Positions 1 through 9,333 of a DNA stretch of 64,000 nucleotides are shown here, in pieces. Position numbers and translations under genes: made by a program. The notes under the pieces are model-generated. The model had not been told where the DNA came from, made no database searches, and saw only the letters and a program-made list of their open reading frames with translations. The stretch lies in contig JAANOX010000121.1 in the NCBI GenBank assembly GCA_020184695.1, forward strand, positions 124,001 to 188,000, given 5' to 3'. The stretch is from Histomonas meleagridis 2922-C6/04-290x (taxonomy: Eukaryota; Protista; Parabasalia). Every line of letters starts with the position of its first letter. The first letter of the stretch is position 1.

Positions 1-474
1 TTATTCAATAAACTTACACTCGTATGAAAATTAATACGTTTTATCTGTTGCTTTGATTCGAATCAAAGTTGTGTAAAAAAGCTTCTATAACACTCTTTTC
101 AAGGTAGACAGCTTTTCACGGCGCCTTTATATTGAGTCTGTCTTTAAATAAAGTTACTTATGTACAATGTTACGAAAAATCATATCTAAAACTTAAATTA
201 TGGAATATTTAAAAACATTTGTAAATTTACACTTCAAGAATTGCGCTAAAATTATATTATTAAAATGACAAAAGAACACTCATAAAAATCCAAGTGATAT
301 CAATAATGAAATTCCATTTATATAAATTTTTATACAGGTTTCTCAGTCATTATATATTAATATCATTTTGGATTGTGTGTTATCGTTTTACTTCTTTTGA
401 ACAACTTTAAGATTTATCACAAGGAAATGAAAATCATATTTAATTATCATTATATAGTGCAAAAGTTTATTTAT

Positions 475-1518
475 CTAAAAAGTAACGTAATTTTTAGGTA
501 CAATGAAGCCCGATGTACAATTTCTATCTTTGAAGAAATACCAAATTTTCGGTGCCACGACAATTTTCTTAATAAAGTTATTCAAGAACGCGGCCCACCA
601 CGAGAATGTACTGTTTGCAATTATGTTATGTTTGCAATTTTTCATAAGTTCGAAATCAAAAATTGGACTCAAAATGTCCGAATTTTCGATAAATGTATAA
701 TTCCCGTCGAACTTTAAGTTCCTTTTAACGAAATTCATGTCATCCGAAAATATAAAATAATGCGGATTATCAACATGCTCATCCATATATTTAAGGGCTT
801 TTTTATAATAATCTAGTGGAAGAAAGCCTAACTTACCATGATCTGTTCGACGAATGTGTACAGAAATTGAATTTGTTGATTTGATCATCTCGAGATATTT
901 TTGATGTTGTGGTGGAAGTTCAACTCTGAGTGTAAATTCCCGTCGAAAATCATCTACATACTTGTTAAAATCATAAAATCTGAGATTTTCAAAAGAGCCA
1001 TGGAAATATTGATCAAACGGAACATTGAATTTATACAATTTAATGCCTTCAAATCTGCGGTCATAATGTTTTTCAATGTTTTGGATTTGTTCTTTGGTCG
1101 CTTGACGCCTTAAAGAAACATTAAAATTTCGTAAATGAAATTTTCTAAAAGAATATAAGCCTTTATAAGTACTTTTGAGATCAAAACAATCTCTATCTCT
1201 GCACTCTGAAAAAAATGTTTGTAGGTCAATGTAAACAGGGTATTTTATTTCTTTGCTTAATACATATGCAAATGCATATTGAAAGAATTGATTCCCAAGA
1301 CCTGATTGAATTCGAACAACTTTATAAACATTTGTGTCAAGAAGATTTTTGTTAGAATCATCGTTTGCATCAAAAATTGCAAAATTAATAGATTTCTTCT
1401 TAAACGTAATTACATATGTAATAAAAAATAGGAGAGATTGAATAAGAACAACAACACAGATTAGATTTGTCTGAATATTTTGAGTAATTTTTCTCGAAGC
1501 TAAAAGTTGCTCCTTCAT
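475..1518 (-). CDS. alpha-1,2-fucosyltransferase, glycosyltransferase family 11, with N-terminal membrane anchor
   Basis: GT11 motifs SGLGNQFFQYAFA, SVHIRRTD, FIFSDD, HNIIANSTFSWWAAFL; hydrophobic N-terminal segment; first ATG at 1518 (the ORF track starts at TTG 1521). Confidence 0.9.
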   Translation of the reverse strand: MKEQLLASRKITQNIQTNLICVVVLIQSLLFFITYVITFKKKSINFAIFDANDDSNKNLLDTNVYKVVRIQSGLGNQFFQYAFAYVLSKEIKYPVYIDLQTFFSECRDRDCFDLKSTYKGLYSFRKFHLRNFNVSLRRQATKEQIQNIEKHYDRRFEGIKLYKFNVPFDQYFHGSFENLRFYDFNKYVDDFRREFTLRVELPPQHQKYLEMIKSTNSISVHIRRTDHGKLGFLPLDYYKKALKYMDEHVDNPHYFIFSDDMNFVKRNLKFDGNYTFIENSDILSPIFDFELMKNCKHNIIANSTFSWWAAFLNNFIKKIVVAPKIWYFFKDRNCTSGFIVPKNYVTF

Positions 1519-1904
1519 CAAGTTTTTCCCGCACGACCAAATTCTGTTGGAATTGAAAAAATGAAAATTTTAAACAATGCCAAATCATTTTTACTCAAAA
1601 TGAAATTGGCAAAGAAAAAAACTAATTAAAATTTAAAAAAAAAAAAAATCAGGTTTTCTTTCAAAACTATCTATTTTTAACCTGTGTTTGGTTATTTTAT
1701 ATCATTTTTTAGACATATAAATTTACAAATTCTAAATCAAAACATAATATATCAATCAACAAAATACAATGAGTGGTCTTGAGCATGAGAATAGTACACC
1801 ACATAACACTAACGAAGGAATAAAGTACAAATATTTGGAAGAACTTTGGTATGAGCATATTCAAATGATTATTCGAAAATAATTAAATACATATTATTTT
1901 TATA

Positions 1905-2855
1905 TTAAAGAAATCTATTTTCGTTATGTATATCATAAGTAGATAATGCATAATCATCAATCCCACAGAATGCTGGAATTGGGAAAGGCCATATGTACCA
2001 CTTTTTTCTGCTTCCGCATATTTCTTCCCAATTTTCGATACATTTCTCCCTTCGATATTTTTCGGGAGGCATGTCCTTCATTATCTCGAATTGTGTTCTA
2101 TTCTCAGTCACATGTTTTAAGTTTTGCCACAAAAATGATCCAGTTAAAAAGAGAAATGACATTCCTAAAATAGTATATAAAAATATAATTAAAAATAAAC
2201 CAATTCGATGTTGAACTTGAAGAAGAAGAACTGCAATAAAAAGTGCCCTAATTACACAATAATCAAAAAGACTAATGTAAATAACACCCCACATGTTGAA
2301 TAAAAAGAAAAGTTTGTGATTTTTCTTCCCAATAAAGCAACTGGTCCATGCGCATAGATGATCTGGTCGAATTACAAGTCGACGAACAGAATTAAAATAT
2401 TTAACACGAGTTGGATATTGACGCTGACGAGCATACTCGAGTTGTTCTTGCGTTGATACATAGCCACTAAGATGATCATTAATTCCATTAGGTTTTAAAG
2501 GATAATAATATGGAAGATAACCTGGACCAACTAAAATTGTAAGTATGTAAGAAAGTGCAAAAAAAATCATAAAAATTGTTAGTGGAATTAAGATTTTTCT
2601 ATCAAGCCAATTTGCATTTGGGTAAATACATGTTAATGCAACTACGTATGAACTAAATATTACAAACAAAACGCCAATCGGATAAGCATATTGTATCATC
2701 CAATGATTTAAAAAATATTTTTTTACAGAAGGAATATAATTTAATTGTAAGCCCAAAAATGTACATTTGTTTTCCCACTTAGTGGGTGGTGGTATTTCGG
2801 TTTGATTGATTATAGAATCATTCATAAATGGAAGCAAAGGATCATCTCCTTTCAT
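1905..2855 (-). CDS. DHHC-family S-palmitoyltransferase (DHLC variant)
   Basis: RPDHLCAWTSCFIGKKNHKLFFLF matches the DHHC-CRD core; four hydrophobic TM segments; C-terminal TQFE and NWEEICG motifs. Confidence 0.85.
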   Translation of the reverse strand: MKGDDPLLPFMNDSIINQTEIPPPTKWENKCTFLGLQLNYIPSVKKYFLNHWMIQYAYPIGVLFVIFSSYVVALTCIYPNANWLDRKILIPLTIFMIFFALSYILTILVGPGYLPYYYPLKPNGINDHLSGYVSTQEQLEYARQRQYPTRVKYFNSVRRLVIRPDHLCAWTSCFIGKKNHKLFFLFNMWGVIYISLFDYCVIRALFIAVLLLQVQHRIGLFLIIFLYTILGMSFLFLTGSFLWQNLKHVTENRTQFEIMKDMPPEKYRREKCIENWEEICGSRKKWYIWPFPIPAFCGIDDYALSTYDIHNENRFL

Positions 2856-4535
2856 ACGCTGATTTGTTGAAGCTTAAGTGGTCTGAGTGAGATGATTTAA
2901 CGTCTTGGATGGAATTTCCTAAAATTTGCTGCAAGCATTTTAAAATGTAAAAATATTACACTTACAAAGCTGCCATTGGCAACTTTGCAAAACGCTAAGG
3001 CTTTTGTAGGAGAAAAAACACCAGATTCGAGGAAATCATAACTTGATATCCATTTAAATGTAACTCAATAATGTGAAATGTATATGAACTCAAACAAATT
3101 AATAAACTAAACTTTGAAAAATACTATTTTATTGGAAATTAAAATTCTTCAAATTGTCATGGTGTTTCGAAATTTGATCAAAAAATAAATTCATAATTTT
3201 TTGATGATTTATACATATTGATGTGCACAATAACATTGCTAAGTACACTATTAGATTTTTTCTAAAATAAATATTATTGATTTTGAGAAAAAGTACATTT
3301 ATTATGAAAATTTACATGCTAAAAGATCATCAAGACTCTAGAAACCCACCCTTTTTTTCTTTTAAAAATTTTATATAAGCATTTATATATACTAAATTTA
3401 ATTAGTTTGAAATATTTAAAGATTTCTTCTGCTGAATTTCGAGAAAAAGTAGTATTTTGCACGACGATTTAAAACCGTGATTTATTATTCAAATATTTTA
3501 CGGTTATAAACTTTTTGAATGGAAAATAATCGTCGGTAGAAGAAAATATGTTATACATGCATATTCTAACAACTTTTTCTCAAAACTCAGCAGAAGAATC
3601 TCAATAAAACTTTGATATCATTTCAACCAAATCATCATCATAATCATATTTGAAAATAAAGAAGAAAAAAAGGGTCAATTTTTTTTTATACTTGATTTAA
3701 ATATTGCGTTTTTCGTAAAAATGAAATATGTATCTTTTGGTGTACAAAGAATAAAAAGAAATCATGATTCTATATATAAATTTATCAATGTCACTAAAAG
3801 GGTTAACTTTGTTAGGGTTAAGGTTACTCATAAGCGAATTCATAAAAACAGTCAGACACAGGATAACGCATTTTGGAAAAATTATACAGCTTGATGGCAC
3901 TTTTTATGTAAAATTTAAATGGTTTATTATACTCAATTGAAAGGTTTATTTACTTAATTGTGAAAGATCCACTTTTTGAAGTTTTCACGAACGAAATCAG
4001 GAATTTCTGGAAAAAAACAGAATAAAAATAATGGTACTGTATGCAGCACGTAGTATATTACGTTGAACCCATCTCCTCAATCTCATATATGAGCAATACA
4101 TAAAATAAATCAATCTGGAAGAAAATATTGTGCTTGGGCAAAAAAAAGAAGATAAAAAACTTAAAGATCTATGCAGCCGCTTTGGCGGTAATATCAGCAA
4201 ATAAATGAAATATTATCCTTATCGCTCTCCAGAGTCGAAAAAAAAAAAAATAAAATAACAAGAATGAACGTTAAGTATAATTCTTAACTTTACTTCGCTA
4301 TTTTTTGTGAGAATAATTGGTCGGAACCGCTATCTAAATTACCCATGTGAAAAAATTGCTTTTTTACAAATCATTCAAAAAAATAATTATTTATTGATTT
4401 TCTCCAATTTTTATACAAATTTAAATTTATTATGACGAACTTAAGTATAAATTATTTCATTGATATTTATAATAATGAATATTTTCCAAGATATTTTTGT
4501 TTTAAATTATTTTACATTTTGACAAATTGGTACCT

Positions 4536-7500
4536 CTACATTGCTTTTTGTCCAAGAAGTAATTGAACTATTTCTGAATGATCATATATAGATGCATATG
4601 TAAGTGCTGTTTCAAATATTTTAAATAATTTCCAAATATTATTTTAAAATATAAAATAATAAAAATAAACATTAAACCAAATAAATAAATATTTTTTGCA
4701 TTAACATCAATTCCTTCTTTATCTAAAAGTAATTTCACTATTTCTATATTATTATTTCTAACTGCTTTATGAAGTGCTGTCTCAAATTATTAAAACATAT
4801 TCCAAATTATTAAAACATATTCCAAATTATTAAAACATATTTCAAATTATTAAAACATATTCCAAATTATTAAAACATATTCCAAATTATTAAAACATAT
4901 TCCAAATTATTAAAACATATATAAAATTATTCAAATGAATACTTTTTGCATTAACATCAATTCCTTCTTTATCTAAAAGTAATTTCACTATTTCTATATT
5001 ATTGTTTCCAACTGCTATATGAAGTGCTGTTTCAAATTATTAAAACATATTTCAAATTATTAAAACATATTCCAAATTATTAAAACATATTCCAAATTAT
5101 TCAAACATATTCCAAATTATTCAAACATATTACAAATTATTAAAACATATATAAAATTATTAAAACATATATCAAATTATTAAAACATATTATAAATTAT
5201 TAGAACAAATTCTAAATTATTAAAACAAATTCTAAATTATTAAAACATATATCAAATTATTAAAACATATATAAAATTATTAAAACATATTATAAATTAT
5301 TAAAACATATTATAAATTATTAAAACATATATAAAATTATTAAAACATATATAAAATTATTAAAACATATATAAAATTATTAAAACATATTCCAAATTAT
5401 TAAAACATATATCAAATTATTCAAATAAATATTTTTTGCATTAACATCAATTCCTTCTTTATCTAAAAGTAATTTTACTATTTCTATATTATTATTTTTA
5501 ACTGCTATATGAAGTGCTGTGTCAAATTATTGGAACATATTTCAAATTATTAAAACATATTCCAAATTATTAAAACATATTCCGAATTATTCAAATGAAT
5601 ATTTTTTGTATTAACATCAATTCCTTCTTTATCTAAAAGTAATTTCACTATTTCTATATTATTATTTCTAACTGCTTTATGAAGTGCTGTTTCAAATTAT
5701 TAAAACATATTCCAAATTATTAAAACATATTCCAAATTATTAAAACATATTTCAAATTATAAAAACATATATCAAATTATTAAAACATATTATAAATTAT
5801 TCAAATGAATATTTTTTGCATTAACATCAATTCCTTCTTTATCTAAAAGTAATTTTACTATTTCTATATTATTATTTCTAACTGCAATATGAAGTGCTGT
5901 TTCAAATTATTAAAACATATTTCAAATTATTAAAACATATTCCAAATTATTAAAACATATATAAAATTATTCAAATGAATACTTTTTGCATTTACATCAA
6001 TTCCTTCTTTATCTAAAAGTAATTTCGCTATTTCTATATCATTATTTCTAACTGCTTTATGAAGTGCTGTTTCAAATTATAAAAACATATTTCAAATTAT
6101 TAAAACATATTTCAAATTATTCAAACATATATAAAATTATTAAAACATATTTCAAATTATTAAAACATATTCCGAATTATTCAAATGAATATTTTTTGTA
6201 TTAACATCAATTCCTTCTTTATCTAAAAGTAATTTCACTATTTCTATATTATTTTTTCTAACTGCTTCATAAAGTGCTGTTTCAAATTATTAAAACATAT
6301 TCCAAATTATTAAAACATATTTCAAATTATTAAAACATATATAAAATTATTCAAATGAATGTTTTTTGCATTAACATCAATTCCTTTTTGTTTAAGAAGT
6401 TTTTTAACAATTTCTGTATGACCTTTTTCAGATGCTAAAATAAGTGCTGTATTAAATTTAATTTTAAAAATTTAAATTGTATTTTAAAATATCAAATCTT
6501 TTTAATAAAATTTCTATAAAATTTTCAAACATTTCTCTTTAAATTAATATATTTATGGTTGATAAGGTAGTCAAGAAATTCTTCCTTAATAGAAATCTCT
6601 GAAATTTCTAAAAAATTTAGTGAAATTTTATTATTTCCGAGGAAATATAAAAAAACAAAAATATTTCCTGTTCTAATAGAATTGATGATATGATTCTTAT
6701 TGATATTCATTCCTTCTTCTTTTAAAAATGAAAGAAGATTAAAATTATCATGTAAAATACATTCTTTTCCTAATTCTTCTAAATTATTATTAGGAATAAT
6801 TTTATTTTCATAAATATATTTAAAGATATCATTGCGATGAAATATAATTGCTGCTTCTAAAGAACCATAAAATGATGAATGATTTTGTTCACATAAATGA
6901 ATGATTTCTTCATTCCCACCTGCAATTGCATATTTACCTGTGTTTTCTACATTTACTCCATTCATAAGTAAATATTTAAAACATTTAACTGAAGAAAAAA
7001 ATGCTGCATAATCAATTAATGTAACATTTTTTTTATTAATAAATGAACATCTTTCATAAAGTGATGGTTCAATTGTTTGGTTAAAATCAAAATTATTTTG
7101 TGATGATATTTCTTGAAGTTTTTCGACTTCATCATTACGAATTATTGTTGCAATATCATTTGGATTATGTCCTTCTTTAATATATTTCTTATGAAGTTCA
7201 AAATTTTCAGAAAGATCTTTGAAATTATTTTCATTTTTGAATTTAAACATTTGAGGTTGCAGTTTTATGAATTCTTCTTCTGAAACATAATGTATATAAA
7301 AAGGATTATTTTTGTTTTGAACAATTTTTGGTTCTATTAATTTGCTTTCAATCATTTTTTCAAGAAGATAATTTGATTCTTCGTTATTAATTGATAATAA
7401 AAATTGAGTAACAACATTAATTAAAATATTATTCGATTTTATTTCTGCTTTCTGTAAATACTTGATGCATAATTTTTCAAATCCTTTTGAAACAAAATAT

Positions 7501-7688
7501 GAATAAATAATTCTGCTAATAATGTGAAGGAATGAAATTGGAAATTTTTGAGAAAAGTATTGAAAAGAAGATTCGACTGATTGATCAATATTTTCCTCAT
7601 TTAAATCAAAAATAATTCTCTCAATAGCTTGTAATATTCGAAGGTTTTCGTTGTATTTGATAATCGCTTTACTTTGATTTCCCCCCAC
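4536..7688 (-). CDS. ankyrin-repeat gene 1: trichomonad DUF3447-like N-terminal region followed by 9 ankyrin repeats whose hairpin codons are interleaved with 17-nt spacers
   Basis: ORF 6525-7688 (LIDYAAFFSSVKCFKYLLMNG, AIAGGNEEIIHLCEQ) continues as 90-nt ankyrin blocks at 6361-6450, 6191-6280, 5981-6070, 5811-5900, 5601-5690, 5431-5520, 4941-5030 and 4691-4780, plus a terminal block 4536-4610 ending in TAG; starts at GTG with no ATG, so it may be a pseudogene. Confidence 0.8.
4611..6530 (-). repeat. higher-order tandem array: 90-nt ankyrin blocks alternating with junctions that are exact multiples of 20 nt
   Basis: Junction lengths from 6530 downward: 80, 80, 120, 80, 120, 80, 400, 160, 80 nt. 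Confidence 0.95.
5031..5430 (-). repeat. 20-nt minisatellite, 20 copies (ATATGTTTTAATAATTT + variable triplet)
   Basis: Plus-strand unit nnn-aaattattaaaacatat repeated 20 times; variation concentrated in the triplet. Confidence 0.95.
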
Positions 7689-7790
7689 TTGAAATAAATT
7701 CTATGAATATTAACGTTCTACAACATTCAAAAACCCCAACAATTTTTTCATCGTACATATCAAAAAGTGTATAAACAAAAGTTCTCTGTT

Positions 7791-7827
7791 GTCGTTCTTT
7801 ATCGTCTTCTATCGTTGTTGCTATCGT
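7791..7827. promoter_or_regulatory. cluster of TATCGT/ACGATA Myb-recognition-like elements upstream of ankyrin gene 1
   Basis: TATCGT at 7800, 7810 and 7822, plus GTCGT at 7791; resembles Trichomonas vaginalis MRE-1/MRE-2 elements. Confidence 0.45.
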
Positions 7828-8039
7828 CCGGTGTAAACTATACAAAAATAAGATGGCCGTTATATACGAAAAGTCAAAATTGCAAGTCGAGTTTTTATTG
7901 ATTCCTTCACTTTTTGAAAGATTTATAAAATTTACATAATAACGTTTTTATTTGAAGAGAAAATGTAATTTTCTGTCATAGTGACTATTATACTACATGT
8001 AACAAATAGCTTGAAAACCAAAACAAAGGCACTATACAC

Positions 8040-8975
8040 TTATTTAAAAAGTTTATTACAATCAATTGGAATTCTTAATGAATCAAAAATATTATTTTTA
8101 CCGCTTGCTTGATTGCGTAACCTCATAACATAATCTTCAAAGCATAGAATACATTTTGTAATTTCTTTTGTACTTGAATCACCTATAAAACGCACAACCC
8201 TGAAAGCACCATCATGGTTTCCAGCTGCATCGAAAGTTAAAATAACAGAAGCTGCTGCAATTATAGAAGGTCTTTGGTCGAAAAATTCAAATTTCATTAA
8301 TGCTAATTCTGTGAAAATGTTTGCAAATTGATTTGTTTCAGGAGTAGAATTACCAATATCCAAGTAAAACCTCATAAAAAACTTGGATGTTGGATATGAC
8401 AAGTTGAAAGATAATTCCCTGATTACAATATTTTCGATTTCACTTAATTTTTCTTCATCAAATTCTTTCCAAGTAACAGCCTTTAGTTGTTCAACTGAAG
8501 GTTGAAGTCTTGTATCGACTTTTGCTGAGATTCTGTAACATGCAGTTGCATACAACCGCATTTCTTTTTTTGGAATATTGATTTTTGATAAGCATATATC
8601 TAAGTATGTAACAGCATTGTATAAAGTATCGCTTGGAAACTTAAAGTGATAATTAATTTGAATAAGCCACTTAACAACAATTTCTCTTTTACTTGGTGTG
8701 ATTTGGCATTGTGTATGAAGAAACGCTTCTGATGACTTTAATATTGTAGTTTCTTGTTCTAATGCAGTTAAGTACACTTGTACAGACCATTTTGGCATTA
8801 CATGAAAATATTCTTCGAAAGTCATAATATTATCACTCTCCTCTATTTCATCTTCAAGTTCTGGATCGCTATAATCATCTTCACCTTCAGTTGAAAAACT
8901 TGATGTTGTGCTTTTGTAGTCTGTGGTTTTGGTTGTTTTTAAGTTGTTTTCTGTTCTTTTGTTTTCCTTCTGCAT
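8040..8975 (-). CDS. cyclin (A/B-like cyclin box)
   Basis: KREIVVKWLIQINYHFKFPSDTLYNAVTYLDICLS and E-x-x-VIRELSFNLSYPT cyclin N-terminal fold; C-terminal cyclin fold PSIIAAASV. Confidence 0.85.
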   Translation of the reverse strand: MQKENKRTENNLKTTKTTDYKSTTSSFSTEGEDDYSDPELEDEIEESDNIMTFEEYFHVMPKWSVQVYLTALEQETTILKSSEAFLHTQCQITPSKREIVVKWLIQINYHFKFPSDTLYNAVTYLDICLSKINIPKKEMRLYATACYRISAKVDTRLQPSVEQLKAVTWKEFDEEKLSEIENIVIRELSFNLSYPTSKFFMRFYLDIGNSTPETNQFANIFTELALMKFEFFDQRPSIIAAASVILTFDAAGNHDGAFRVVRFIGDSSTKEITKCILCFEDYVMRLRNQASGKNNIFDSLRIPIDCNKLFK

Positions 8976-9333
8976 GATGAAATTTTAAACCGACGCTGCG
9001 TACGTTTAAACATTAACAAATGATTTTCCAATATCTTTTTTTCTCATAAAGACCTCTTTATGTAAGTGTACTGTAAAGTGTTTTTAAAAATCTGTGTTAC
9101 TTTTCATGTAGTGAGAAAAACAAATTTCGATTTGATTAATCTTTCTTTTTATTATTTGAAATTTTTAAGTTACCAACAAGAGAGAGAAACATTGTGTATT
9201 TTCTCATGATTATTTTTCGATTTAATCAAGATAAAATGATTTTTTCTATTTAAGGAAACTAAAAAAGCGCTTTATAAAAATTCAATTTGAAAAGCAGTTA
9301 TGCGATTCTTCATTCAAAAAGTGGAAAGTAAGT

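Noticed and set aside
3812-3817. Telomere-like TTAGGG
   Set aside because: Single copy, expected by chance
3480-4204. Degraded ORF-like stretches with in-frame stops (3480-3660 minus, 4031-4204 plus)
   Set aside because: No recognisable family; too short and disrupted to call
5031-5430. CRISPR-like appearance (constant repeat plus variable spacer)
   Set aside because: The variable part is only 3 nt, the context is eukaryotic, there are no cas genes, and the array lies inside an ankyrin gene
4781-5980. Whole junctions as canonical GT-AG introns (AAA A|GTATT...ACAG|CA CTT)
   Set aside because: This GT occurs at only two junctions (those with an AGT codon). There is no ACTAAC branch motif, and the product would delete the entire hairpin (K-T-L-H). 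It cannot explain the other junctions or the 20-nt periodicity
5431-6360. U12-type AT-AC introns (ATATTCATTT...AAAC)
   Set aside because: Joining at these ends shifts the frame, and there is no TCCTTAAC-like branch site
4611-6530. Stop-codon reassignment as the explanation for the interrupted ankyrin ORFs
   Set aside because: Most junction lengths (80, 160, 400) are not multiples of three, and all long genes in the window are open in the standard code and end at TAA/TGA/TAG
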